Position numbers and translations under genes: made by a program. Below, one piece after another: positions 9,571 to 19,139 of a DNA stretch of 64,000 nucleotides. Positions within the stretch are counted from its first letter, which is position 1; every line of letters begins with the position of its first letter. Origin of the DNA: Candidatus Omnitrophota bacterium (lineage in GTDB: Bacteria; Omnitrophota; Omnitrophia; Omnitrophales; Aquincolibacteriaceae); contig JAFGHI010000042.1 in the NCBI GenBank assembly GCA_016930235.1, positions 2,550 through 66,549 on the forward strand, written 5' to 3'. Below the pieces are notes generated by a model that saw only the letters and a list, made by a program, of their open reading frames with translations, ran no database searches and was not told the origin of the DNA.

Positions 9571-11013
9571 ATGAGTGATGAAAATCTGAAAAGAATTGTT
9601 ATTGAACCTGTTACGAGAGTTGAAGGGCACGGCAAAGTTTCGCTGTTGTTGGATGAGCAAAACTGCGTCAAACAGGCCCGTCTTCATATTGTTGAGTTCC
9701 GGGGTTTTGAACGCTTTATTCAAGGCCGTCCTTATTGGGAAATTCCGGTAACGGTCTCCCGCCTTTGCGGGATTTGTCCTGTGAGTCATCATCTAGCAGC
9801 AGCCAAGGCGATGGACCGCATTGTGGGCGGTGAAAAATTGACTCCTACCGCAGAAAAAGTCCGCCGGTTGATGCATTATGGGCAGATGTTTCAGTCTCAT
9901 GCGCTGCATTTCTTCCATCTTTGCTCACCGGATCTCCTCTTTGGTTTCGATGCAGACCCGGCCATCCGTAATGTTATCGGAGTTGCCGAGAGATTTCCGG
10001 AACTGGCCGTTCAAGCCGTCATGATGAGAAAATACGGGCAGGAGGCCATCCGTATCACGGCCGGGAAGAAAATTCATGGGACAGGTGCTATCCCCGGGGG
10101 CGTTAATAAAAACGTTTCCATTGAGGAAAGAGATTTTCTTTTAAAAGACCTGGATCAGATGATCAAATGGTCGCGTAGTGCTGTTCAGATTGCTAAAGAT
10201 TACACGGTTAAACATTTAAATGAGATCAAAGACTTTGGTTCGTTTGAGTCCAATCACTTGGGGTTTGTACGTGAGGACGGTGCCATGGACCTTTACCATG
10301 GCAATCTTCGGGCCTTGGATGCCGAGGGGAATGTCATTTTTGATCAGGTGGATTATCAGAATTATCTCGACTACATTGCCGAAGAAGTGAAACCGTGGTC
10401 GTACATGAAATTTCCTTTCATCAAATCAATCGGCCCGGAAAAAGGATGGTATCGCGTCGGTCCGCTTGCCCGGGTCAATATCTGCGATTTTATTGATACG
10501 CCGGAAGCGGAAAAGGAACGTAAGGAATTCAAGGCCCTTACGAAGGGCAAGCCCAATAATATTACGATGGCTTACCATTGGACTCGGATGATCGAAGTCT
10601 TGCATTCGATTGAGAAGATCAAAGAACTTCTGCATGACCGTGATTTGCAGGGAACGGATCTCGTTGTGAAGGGTAAGCGACGCGATGAGACGGTTGGCTT
10701 GATTGAGGCCCCGCGCGGGACTCTCTTTCATCATTACCGTGTCAATAAGGATGATCAGATCGAGATGGCTAATCTTATCGTTTCGACGACCAATAATAAT
10801 GAGCCGATGAATGCCGCGGTCAGAAAAGTTGCCCAAGACCACCTGAGCGGAAAACCGGAGATCACGGAAGGATTGCTGAATCACATTGAAGTGGCAATCC
10901 GGGCGTATGACCCTTGTCTTTCCTGTGCGACTCATGCCTTGGGGCAGATGCCGCTTGAAGTCAGTTTGTACGATCATGCAGGAAATCTTGTTGATCGGAA
11001 AGTTAAGTCTTGA
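9571..11013 (+). CDS. hoxH: [NiFe]-hydrogenase large subunit HoxH (group 3d)
   Basis: TRVEGHG, L1 RLCGICPVSH, EAPRGTL, L2 DPCLSCATH followed by a cleavable C-terminal extension. Confidence 0.96.
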   Translation: MSDENLKRIVIEPVTRVEGHGKVSLLLDEQNCVKQARLHIVEFRGFERFIQGRPYWEIPVTVSRLCGICPVSHHLAAAKAMDRIVGGEKLTPTAEKVRRLMHYGQMFQSHALHFFHLCSPDLLFGFDADPAIRNVIGVAERFPELAVQAVMMRKYGQEAIRITAGKKIHGTGAIPGGVNKNVSIEERDFLLKDLDQMIKWSRSAVQIAKDYTVKHLNEIKDFGSFESNHLGFVREDGAMDLYHGNLRALDAEGNVIFDQVDYQNYLDYIAEEVKPWSYMKFPFIKSIGPEKGWYRVGPLARVNICDFIDTPEAEKERKEFKALTKGKPNNITMAYHWTRMIEVLHSIEKIKELLHDRDLQGTDLVVKGKRRDETVGLIEAPRGTLFHHYRVNKDDQIEMANLIVSTTNNNEPMNAAVRKVAQDHLSGKPEITEGLLNHIEVAIRAYDPCLSCATHALGQMPLEVSLYDHAGNLVDRKVKS

Positions 11014-11480
11014 ATGGAATCCCCAACAAAATTCTTTTGATTGGGTATGGCAATCCCGGACGGTTGGATGACGGGCTTGGTCCTGCGATCGCGGATGCCG
11101 TTGAAAAAATGGATTTGCCGGACGTTACAGTCGATTCTAATTATCAATTGACTGTGGAAGATGCCGCCAATCTGGCGACGCACGATGTCGTTATTTTTGC
11201 CGATGCGTCGGTGAAGGGGAAAGAACCGTTCTTTTTTAAAAAGATAGAACCCAAACCCGGCATGAATTTTAGTACGCATAGTATCGAGCCGGAAGGCGTT
11301 TTGGGATACGCCCATCAGCTGTTTGGGGCGAAAACGGTCGGATATACGTTAGGGATTCGGGGGTACCGTTTTAATGAGTTTGGTGAGGAGATTTCAGAGA
11401 AAGCGCTTAAAAATATGAAGCAGGCCCTGAAATTTCTCGAAGACGCAATCAAGGCAAAAGATTTTGTCGAGATCGAATAA
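11010..11480 (+). CDS. hoxW: Hydrogenase maturation protease
   Basis: LLIGYGNPGRLDDGLG, FADA, STH; directly follows hoxH. Confidence 0.88.
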   Translation: MNGIPNKILLIGYGNPGRLDDGLGPAIADAVEKMDLPDVTVDSNYQLTVEDAANLATHDVVIFADASVKGKEPFFFKKIEPKPGMNFSTHSIEPEGVLGYAHQLFGAKTVGYTLGIRGYRFNEFGEEISEKALKNMKQALKFLEDAIKAKDFVEIE

Positions 11481-11518
11481 GATAATTTAAGAAGAGCATC
11501 GTTCAGAAGGAGTCAGAG

Positions 11519-11893
11519 ATGAAAGACGGCAAATATGTCATATTGACGATTGATGATGATCGGGAATTTCTTCAAACAGTCCGAATCGTTTTAGAAGCAA
11601 AAGGTTATGTCATTGAAGAGGCTCAAAGTGCTGAAGAAGGTTTAAAACGTTATAAAACAGTCCAGCCGGATCTTATCCTTGTGGATCTCATGATGGAAGA
11701 AGTTGACGCCGGTGCCAATTTTGTTAAGGAACTAAAATTGATGGGAAATAAGGCCCCGATTTATCTCCTCAGCGGGGCAGGTGACAGTATGTCATCGAGT
11801 ACCGATTACACGCAGCTAGGCTTTAGCGGTGTATTCCAAAAACCTATCAGTCCCGATAGACTTTTGGGAGTTATAAAGGCAAAACTTACATAA
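11519..11893 (+). CDS. Single-domain response regulator
   Basis: LTIDDD, DLILVDLMM and QKP receiver motifs. Confidence 0.88.
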   Translation: MKDGKYVILTIDDDREFLQTVRIVLEAKGYVIEEAQSAEEGLKRYKTVQPDLILVDLMMEEVDAGANFVKELKLMGNKAPIYLLSGAGDSMSSSTDYTQLGFSGVFQKPISPDRLLGVIKAKLT

Positions 11894-11988
11894 CCTAATT
11901 AGAATGAACAAGTTAGATTATAATAATTAGGTCCCTACCAGGATTATAAACAAGCCTATATATAGAAGAGAAATATTGCGGAGATATA

Positions 11989-12069
11989 ATGTGAATATAT
12001 TCACATATACTATTGATATATTCACAATAAATGCTATTATATTTATAGATAATGTGAAAGGAATCACAA
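11989..12069 (+). promoter_or_regulatory. Three tandem Rex-like operators
   Basis: ATGTGAA-TATA-TTCACAT (11989-12006, perfect palindrome), CTATTGA-TATA-TTCACAA (12010-12027), ATGTGAA-AGGA-ATCACAA (12052-12069, covering the RBS of rex copy 2). Confidence 0.78.
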
Positions 12070-12070
12070 T

Positions 12071-12712
12071 ATGAAAAAGGCCAATAAAATCTTAGTGACG
12101 CGGCTTTACCGGTACCGGGATGCGATTTACCGCATGAAATATATGGGGCTTGTGAAGGTCTTTTCGGAAAACATTGCAGATGCCGTTGGCGTGACTTCTT
12201 CCCAAGTTCGGAAAGATTTTTCACTTTTTAAATTAAGTGGGAATAAGCGTGGCGGATACGTTATTGATGATTTGCTGAAAAAGATGAATGAGAGCCTTGG
12301 GAAAAACAGGACTCAGGATGTGATTATTGTGGGTTGCGGGCATATCGGAACGGCACTGAAGCTTTACAAGGGATTTGAGAAAAAGGGGATCAGGATTGTT
12401 GCCGGTTTTGACATCGATGAATCCAAAGTGACAAGAGACGCTAAGGTCCCGATCTTGCCATTTCAGGAGCTGAGTCAATTTATCAAGACGAAGAAAATAA
12501 AAATAGGTATTCTCGCTGTTCCCGAAACGGCCGCTCAACAAGTCTTAGATCAAATGGTTCAGGCGGGGATCGAAGGGATTTTGAATTTTGCGCCTATGCG
12601 GTTAAGCCATCAAGAGAATGTTGTTGTGAATAATGTGAATTTGGGTTTGGAGCTCGAGACGATCATATATTTCGTGGGCGAAATAGAAAAGAAGCAATAC
12701 GAGGAAAAGTGA
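12071..12712 (+). CDS. rex: Redox-sensing transcriptional repressor Rex (copy 2)
   Basis: RLYRY...SQVRKDFS.F...G.KRGGY; GCGHIG; ILNFAP. Confidence 0.92.
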   Translation: MKKANKILVTRLYRYRDAIYRMKYMGLVKVFSENIADAVGVTSSQVRKDFSLFKLSGNKRGGYVIDDLLKKMNESLGKNRTQDVIIVGCGHIGTALKLYKGFEKKGIRIVAGFDIDESKVTRDAKVPILPFQELSQFIKTKKIKIGILAVPETAAQQVLDQMVQAGIEGILNFAPMRLSHQENVVVNNVNLGLELETIIYFVGEIEKKQYEEK

Positions 12713-14553
12713 TGAAATTGAGTTCGAGGATCCTTATTTCATTTATGGCAACGATTGGTTTCTTGGGCGGCGCGACAGCTTTTTTCAGTTATCACCTGGT
12801 TGAGAAATATGTTGTCCAAAGAACCCAAGATCAAGTGATCGCGGATTTGAGGACGGTCGATGCTATGATCAAAAACCCGTTAGAAAGAATGGAAACGATG
12901 TTTCTCATGGTGCGGCCGGATGAAGACCTGGATCAATTCAAAAAAATGGCGGGTTTAGATTATCTCTATCTTGTGAAGGCTGAAGAACTCCCCCGGGTGA
13001 GGAGCGGAATAGTGAATAGAGTTATGCGGACAAAAACACAAACCGGAGGATACCGTCTGGTTGAAAAAGACGAGTTAATTGATTTCGGAAGTAAATATCA
13101 AGAACAGGCCTTGATTCCGGTTCGCATGACACCGAAAGCCACGAAGTCGGAAAAGACGGTTTTAGACAGTGCTATGAGCATGGAATATGCGAAGCCTTTT
13201 TTCAATGATTCGGGAGAAGTGGAATCCGTTTTATATGGTGGGAAAATCATGAATCGTTATTTCCAGTTTATTGATGATATCGTGGGTGCTGTTTTTGAAA
13301 ATAAACTTTATGATAATAAGCCTTTAGGGACGCTTACGATATTCTTGGACGATGTGCGTATTGCGACCAATGTTCTGGATGACCGCGGCCAGAGGGCTAT
13401 TGGGACAAGAGTTTCCAAAGAGGTTTATGAGCGCGTCGTGGTTCAAGGGGGGAGTTGGTTTGACCGCGCGTTTGTTGTGACGGACTGGTATTTAACGGCT
13501 TACGAGCCCATTCGGGATATAGACGGCCAGATCATCGGCATTTTGTATGTCGGTATTCTGGAGAAGCCCTTCAAGGATTTACAGGCACGCACCTTCTTTG
13601 CGTTTGCGATGATGATCCTTGCGGCTTCTGTGATGGCTATCTTCATTTCGTGGTTTCTCTCCCGGTCTTTGGCCAAACCGATGACCGAAATGGTCAAGAC
13701 GATTCGAAAGATCGAGAACGGAGAATTGGAGAGTCAAGTTGAGGTCAAGACAAGTTTGAAAGAAATCAATGAATTGACCCGTTCGTTCAATGAAATGGCG
13801 GGAAAGTTGGCGGAAAGGGAAAGGAGTTTGGCCGTCTCGAATGAAAAGCTTACGTCTTTAAATAAACGGTATCTTGACATGATTGGTTTTGTTTCGCATG
13901 AACTGTCAGGGATTTTGAATACGGCCGTCTTCAGTGTTTATTCACTGTCGCAGGAGATGTTAGGGGAAATTAATCTTAAGCAAAAACAAGTCCTGGACAC
14001 TCTGGCAAAGAGTTTGGACTATTTATCAACGATGGTCAGAAATTTCTTGAGTTTAAGCCGCGTAGAAAAGGGCGAATTAGCGCTCCAGAAAACCCCGGTC
14101 TATCTCAATGAAAATATTGTCGAGGAATCGCTTGCGGCGTTTAAAGCGCGTGTTTCTGAGCGGGGCATGAAAATCGTCAATCAGATTCCGGCTCAATTGC
14201 AAGTGCTTGCGGATCCGGACATGATCAAAATTGTTGTCAATAATCTCGTAACGAATGCCATCAAGTACGGGGTCGAAAAGGGTTCGATCATCATGAGTGC
14301 AAGGGTCCAGGAGGAGAGGGTCGAGGTGGAATTTTATAATGACGGTGAGCCCATCACCGATGATGAGCGCGAGAAATTATTCAAAAGGTTTTCGCGGTTG
14401 CAGAATGTCCAAGGCAAGGGCAAAGGAACGGGCTTGGGGCTTTTCATCACAAAAGAAATTATTGAAGCTCATCGGGGCCGGATATGGCTTGAAACCAAAC
14501 CATTTGGGAATGCCTTTGTTTTTACCTTGGAAAAAGGAAAGATGAATTCATGA
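12709..14553 (+). CDS. Membrane sensor histidine kinase (Cache-HAMP-HisKA-HATPase)
   Basis: Two TM segments; TIFLDDVRIATNV...RAIGT Cache motif; HAMP; SHEL H-box, NLVTNAIKY N-box, GTGLGL G-box. Confidence 0.92.
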   Translation: MMKLSSRILISFMATIGFLGGATAFFSYHLVEKYVVQRTQDQVIADLRTVDAMIKNPLERMETMFLMVRPDEDLDQFKKMAGLDYLYLVKAEELPRVRSGIVNRVMRTKTQTGGYRLVEKDELIDFGSKYQEQALIPVRMTPKATKSEKTVLDSAMSMEYAKPFFNDSGEVESVLYGGKIMNRYFQFIDDIVGAVFENKLYDNKPLGTLTIFLDDVRIATNVLDDRGQRAIGTRVSKEVYERVVVQGGSWFDRAFVVTDWYLTAYEPIRDIDGQIIGILYVGILEKPFKDLQARTFFAFAMMILAASVMAIFISWFLSRSLAKPMTEMVKTIRKIENGELESQVEVKTSLKEINELTRSFNEMAGKLAERERSLAVSNEKLTSLNKRYLDMIGFVSHELSGILNTAVFSVYSLSQEMLGEINLKQKQVLDTLAKSLDYLSTMVRNFLSLSRVEKGELALQKTPVYLNENIVEESLAAFKARVSERGMKIVNQIPAQLQVLADPDMIKIVVNNLVTNAIKYGVEKGSIIMSARVQEERVEVEFYNDGEPITDDEREKLFKRFSRLQNVQGKGKGTGLGLFITKEIIEAHRGRIWLETKPFGNAFVFTLEKGKMNS

Positions 14554-14589
14554 GTTAATATTGGATTTGAACGGAAAGGGGTTTTGTGG

Positions 14590-15099
14590 ATGGAAACGGC
14601 AGAATTGAAGGAGACGGTCCAAAATATTGTCAATGAATGGAAGGATCGGGAGGGGAATTTAATCATGATTCTTCATCAGATCCAAAACCGATATGGGTAT
14701 GTCCCGCGGGAAGTTTCCCTTCAGCTTTCAGAACTTCTGGATATCCCGCTGGCGCGGATTTATGAAGTGCTCACGTTTTATCACTATTTCAAAATTGTGA
14801 AACCGGGAAAACACCGAGTGTCGGTCTGTATGGGGACGGCTTGTTATCTCAACGGTGCTCCCGGGCTCCTTAACGAGTTGGAACATTTACTTGGGGTTAG
14901 CGCCGGAGAAACGACCCAAGACGGTTTATTTCAAGTCGAGGTTGTGAGGTGTTTGGGGTGCTGCGGTCTAGCGCCCGTGATGACTGTTGACGGCAAGATT
15001 TTTAGCAGCGTCCAAAAAGATGATATCGCTAAAATATTATCCGATTACTCACATAAAGAACCCATTTTTTCGAGCGGTGATACGGGGAGTCAGGCATGA
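14590..15099 (+). CDS. hndA: [FeFe]-hydrogenase NuoE-like [2Fe-2S] subunit (HndA/HydC)
   Basis: CMGTAC...CLGCC [2Fe-2S] motif; start taken at ATG 14590. Confidence 0.9.
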   Translation: METAELKETVQNIVNEWKDREGNLIMILHQIQNRYGYVPREVSLQLSELLDIPLARIYEVLTFYHYFKIVKPGKHRVSVCMGTACYLNGAPGLLNELEHLLGVSAGETTQDGLFQVEVVRCLGCCGLAPVMTVDGKIFSSVQKDDIAKILSDYSHKEPIFSSGDTGSQA

Positions 15100-15452
15100 A
15101 AAAACTGAGCGTTGACGATTTGAGTGCGATGAGAAAGGAATTGAAGAAAAAGAAGGGCAGTTGGATACGTGTCGGCTGCAGCACGTGCGGCATTGCCGCA
15201 GGCGCCAAAGAAGTTTTCGATACTCTGAAAGAAGAAATTCAAAAGCGTGATTTGAAGAGTCTCGAGGTCAAACAATGCGGCTGTATTGGGATGTGCTATG
15301 CGGAGCCCTTGGTTGAAGTCATGATCGAAGGGATGCCTAAGGTCTTTTACGGCAAGGTCGACAAAGATGTGGCTTTAAAAATTGTTGAGAAACATGTTTG
15401 CGGGAAGATGTTGCTGAACGATCGTATTTATGATGCCAAGAGGAGCCGGTAG
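15096..15452 (+). CDS. hndB: Thioredoxin-like [2Fe-2S] ferredoxin subunit (HndB/HydD)
   Basis: VGCSTCGIAAGA...GCIGMCYAEPLVEV..YGKV. Confidence 0.85.
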   Translation: MKKLSVDDLSAMRKELKKKKGSWIRVGCSTCGIAAGAKEVFDTLKEEIQKRDLKSLEVKQCGCIGMCYAEPLVEVMIEGMPKVFYGKVDKDVALKIVEKHVCGKMLLNDRIYDAKRSR

Positions 15453-15471
15453 AAAGGCCGGAAAGGGAATT

Positions 15472-17214
15472 ATGGAAAAGCGGGTTTTTATTAAAGATAC
15501 AAATCATGTCGGGAAAAAAGAGAGAACACGGGACTTCTACACGGCTTTTTTAGCGCAGTTAAGGGAAAGAAAGCTGGAAAATGACGTTCAGTTGATCCGT
15601 GTCGCGGACATCGGAGCGTACAACCAGGGTTTTGTGGTGCACATTTATCCCGATGATTTTCTTTACAGCAATGTTGAGATGCAAGATATCCCGAGAATGA
15701 TCGAGGAAAGTATCCTCGGAGGAAAGAAAATCGATGATCTTGTTTGTCATCACATTTCCAAGCAATTTCGTATTGTCTTACGGAACTGCGGCGTAATTGA
15801 TCCTAGAAATATTGATGAGTACATTGTCCATGACGGTTATCAGGCGATCGAGAAGATATTGTCAGGCTATACACCGGAGAAAGTGTTAGAGGAGTTGAAG
15901 ACAAGCGGTTTGCGCGGACGCGGCGGTGCGGGATATCCCACTTGGCTCAAATGGCAGTTTACCCGGAATGTTCCATCGGATCAGAAATATGTGATCTGTA
16001 ACGGGGATGAAGGAGATCCCGGGGCTTATATGGACCGAAGCGTTCTCGAAGGTGATCCCCATTCGGTGATCGAAGGGATGATGATCGCAGGCTATGTGAT
16101 CGGTGCCACGAAAGGGTATTTTTATATCCGGGCGGAATATCCTCTTGCAATCGAACGGGTCAAGAATGCCATCAGCCAGGCGTACCAATATGGACTTCTC
16201 GGAGAAAATATTTTGGGGACTGATTTTCGTTTTGATCTAGAGATCCGTTTGGGGGCGGGGGCCTTTGTTTGCGGTGAGGAAACCGCTTTGATCGCTTCCA
16301 TTGAGGGCAAGCGGGGTTATCCCAGGCCAAGACCTCCTTATCCTTCAGTCAAGGGGTTATGGGATAAACCAACCGTCATCAATAATGTGGAAACGCTGGC
16401 CAATATCCCGGTTGTCATTTTGCAGGGTGGTGCCTGGTTCTCGAATATCGGAACGGGTGCTTCAAAAGGGACCAAGGTGTTTGCTTTAACCGGAAAGGTC
16501 AAGAATTCGGGCCTGGTGGAAGTTCCGATGGGAACAACCTTAAGGGAGATTGTTTACGACATCGGTGGAGGATCAGCGAGTCAGGCGAAGGTCAAAGCCA
16601 TTCAAACGGGGGGACCTTCTGGAGGAGTGATCCCTGAGGATTTTCTGGATACGCCGGTGAGTTATGAGAGTCTTCAAAAATTAGGGTCCATTATGGGTTC
16701 AGGCGGGATGATTGTGATGGACGCAAACGATTGCATGGTGGATATCGCGAAATTTTATCTTCGGTTTTGCGTCGATGAGTCATGCGGAAAATGTACGCCT
16801 TGCCGGGTGGGAGGCACCCAAATGCTGAATTTGCTTGAACGTGCCTCCGAAGGGACGGGGAAGAGGGAGGATATCGAAAAACTGAAAAAAATATCGCTGG
16901 CGATGCAGAGAGCATCCTTATGCGGTCTGGGTCAAACCGCGCCGAATCCTGTTCTTTCAACGTTACGGTATTTTGAAGATGAATACCTCGCGCATATCGA
17001 GGAGAAAAAGTGTCCCGCATGCCGTTGCGGAGCGCTCTTCCGTTATTCAATTATTCAAGAGAAATGCAAGAACTGCGGATTATGCGCCAAGAATTGTCCG
17101 GCGGGGGCTATTTTGGGAGACCGGGAAAGCGGTTATACCCTTGATCAGGAAAAATGCACTCGCTGCGGACGTTGTTTTGAAGTTTGCCGTTTGGGGGCAA
17201 TTTTCCGAGGATAA
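15472..17214 (+). CDS. hndC: [FeFe]-hydrogenase NADH/FMN-binding subunit (HndC/HydB)
   Basis: GLRGRGGAGYPT, CNGDEGDPGAYMDR, GGPSGG, ESCGKCTPCR and a C-terminal 2x[4Fe-4S] domain; start taken at ATG 15472. Confidence 0.92.
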   Translation: MEKRVFIKDTNHVGKKERTRDFYTAFLAQLRERKLENDVQLIRVADIGAYNQGFVVHIYPDDFLYSNVEMQDIPRMIEESILGGKKIDDLVCHHISKQFRIVLRNCGVIDPRNIDEYIVHDGYQAIEKILSGYTPEKVLEELKTSGLRGRGGAGYPTWLKWQFTRNVPSDQKYVICNGDEGDPGAYMDRSVLEGDPHSVIEGMMIAGYVIGATKGYFYIRAEYPLAIERVKNAISQAYQYGLLGENILGTDFRFDLEIRLGAGAFVCGEETALIASIEGKRGYPRPRPPYPSVKGLWDKPTVINNVETLANIPVVILQGGAWFSNIGTGASKGTKVFALTGKVKNSGLVEVPMGTTLREIVYDIGGGSASQAKVKAIQTGGPSGGVIPEDFLDTPVSYESLQKLGSIMGSGGMIVMDANDCMVDIAKFYLRFCVDESCGKCTPCRVGGTQMLNLLERASEGTGKREDIEKLKKISLAMQRASLCGLGQTAPNPVLSTLRYFEDEYLAHIEEKKCPACRCGALFRYSIIQEKCKNCGLCAKNCPAGAILGDRESGYTLDQEKCTRCGRCFEVCRLGAIFRG

Positions 17215-17260
17215 TGGGTCATTGAGATAAATAGAATAGGCATAAAAAGGAGTCCATACG

Positions 17261-19006
17261 ATGGTGAATGCGGTCATTAACGGGATGGCAGTGGAGGTCG
17301 AGAAAGGAACGACGATCCTTGATGCAGCCAAAAAAGTGCAGGTTAAAATTCCGACGCTTTGCAAGCATCCGGATCTGACGGCTTCGGCCGCTTGTGGTCT
17401 TTGTATCGTGCGGTTGACGGGGTCCAACAAAATGCTCCGTGCCTGCTCGACACCCCTTGAAGAGGGGATGGATATCGTCACTCATGATCCTGAAATTATT
17501 GATGTCCGCAGGACCATCGTCGAACTCATTTTGTCCAATCATCCGAATGATTGCCTGAAATGCGGCCGCAATGGCGATTGTGAATTGCAGACGTTAGTTG
17601 CCGAGTTTGGAATCCGCGAAGAAAGGTTCGAGAAAATTTTAAAGGACATCCCCAAGGATGATTCTACGGGAACGATGGTTTTGGAACCGCAGAAGTGTAT
17701 TAAGTGCGGCCGCTGCGTCGAAGTTTGCCAGGATATGCAGGATGTCTGGGCGCTCTCCTTTCTGGAGAGGGGATTTCACACAAGGATTTCACCGGCCGGG
17801 GATATTAAATTGGCCGATTCACCCTGTGTACGGTGCGGGCAATGTGCCGCGCACTGTCCGACGGGGGCCATCTTTGAAAAGGATGATGTCGAGAAGGTAT
17901 GGAAAGCGATCCAGGATCCGGAGAAATACTGTGTTGTTCAAATCGCACCAGCGGTCAGGGTGGCGATCGGAGAGGCTTTTGGTTTTAAACCCGGTACGAA
18001 TTTAACGCGCAAGCTCTATGCGTTACTCAAGAGGATAGGATTTAAGGCGGTTTTCGATACGAATTTCGGGGCGGATGTCACCATTATGGAAGAAGGCTCC
18101 GAGTTTGTTCAGCGGTTTGTCCATAAAAAGGGAAAGCTGCCGCTGATTACGACATGCTGCCCTTCGTGGGTCGATTTTATGGAAAAGTTCCACGGGGACA
18201 TGATCGACTATTTTTCGTCCTGCAAGTCGCCCCATGAAATCCTGGGAGTGTTGTCAAAAACTTATTATGCGCAGGAGAAAAAAATTGATCCGGCAAAAAT
18301 GGTTGTCGTTTCGATCATGCCGTGCACCTCGAAAAAATATGAGATTACGAGAACCAACGAAATGTTTGCTTCAGGGTATCAGGATGTCGACATTGTCCTC
18401 ACGACCCGGGAACTTGCGCGAATGGTTAAGCAGTCGGGCCTGGATTTTGCAGATCTTCCTGAAGAGGATCCTGACCATATGCTGGGGGATTACACGGGGG
18501 CCGGTGTTATCTTTGGTGCGACAGGCGGTGTGATGGAAGCGGCTTTGAGGACGGCTTATTTTATGGTGACTGAAGAAAAGCTCCCCAAGGTCCAGTTTAC
18601 AAGTGTCCGTGGGTTAAAGGGAATTAAGGAAACCGTGATCAGGATCGGAGAATCAGATATCCGGATTGCCGTGGCCCATGGTTTGGCCAATGTGGAATAC
18701 GTCCTCCAACGTGTCCGGGAGGCAATCCAAAGGAACGAAGAACCTCCTTATCACTTCATTGAGGTGATGGCTTGCTTAGGGGGGTGTGTCGGCGGGGGCG
18801 GACAGCCTTATGGTGTAACCGATGAACTCAGGAAGCTGAGGGCGCAAGGGCTTTATCATGACGATGAAAATCAAGAGATCCGTTGTTCTCATGACAATCC
18901 TTATGTCCAGAAACTGTATCACGAATTTTTAGGGAAACCTTTGGGAAAGAGGTCGCATGAGCTTCTGCATACGGAGTATCACCCGCGGCCTATTTACAGG
19001 AAATAA
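17261..19006 (+). CDS. hydA: [FeFe]-hydrogenase catalytic subunit (group A; HndD/HydA)
   Basis: H-cluster motifs P1 TTCCPSW, P2 MPCTSKKYE, P3 EVMACLGGCVGGGG; N-terminal [2Fe-2S], His-ligated [4Fe-4S] and 2x[4Fe-4S]. Confidence 0.97.
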   Translation: MVNAVINGMAVEVEKGTTILDAAKKVQVKIPTLCKHPDLTASAACGLCIVRLTGSNKMLRACSTPLEEGMDIVTHDPEIIDVRRTIVELILSNHPNDCLKCGRNGDCELQTLVAEFGIREERFEKILKDIPKDDSTGTMVLEPQKCIKCGRCVEVCQDMQDVWALSFLERGFHTRISPAGDIKLADSPCVRCGQCAAHCPTGAIFEKDDVEKVWKAIQDPEKYCVVQIAPAVRVAIGEAFGFKPGTNLTRKLYALLKRIGFKAVFDTNFGADVTIMEEGSEFVQRFVHKKGKLPLITTCCPSWVDFMEKFHGDMIDYFSSCKSPHEILGVLSKTYYAQEKKIDPAKMVVVSIMPCTSKKYEITRTNEMFASGYQDVDIVLTTRELARMVKQSGLDFADLPEEDPDHMLGDYTGAGVIFGATGGVMEAALRTAYFMVTEEKLPKVQFTSVRGLKGIKETVIRIGESDIRIAVAHGLANVEYVLQRVREAIQRNEEPPYHFIEVMACLGGCVGGGGQPYGVTDELRKLRAQGLYHDDENQEIRCSHDNPYVQKLYHEFLGKPLGKRSHELLHTEYHPRPIYRK

Positions 19007-19091
19007 TCACTGCTCTTTTGTAAGTCATAGGAATGAACCTGCGGATGAGGGAACATCCTGAGGCCAAGGGAAAATGAGCTCAATCAAATCG

Positions 19092-19123
19092 AAGCAGCTC
19101 CGGAAACCTTGGGGCTGTTTTTT
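19092..19123 (+). terminator. Intrinsic terminator-like hairpin between hydA and the maturase genes
   Basis: CAGCTCCGG...TTGGGGCTG stem followed by a T run. Confidence 0.55.
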
Positions 19124-19139
19124 GTTTTAGGAGGGGAAA

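Noticed and set aside
9571-11013. Selenocysteine ([NiFeSe]) hydrogenase
   Set aside because: All four Ni-ligand positions are ordinary Cys codons and there is no in-frame TGA.
11913-12224. 103-aa minus-strand ORF
   Set aside because: It overlaps rex copy 2 and its operator region; a shadow ORF.
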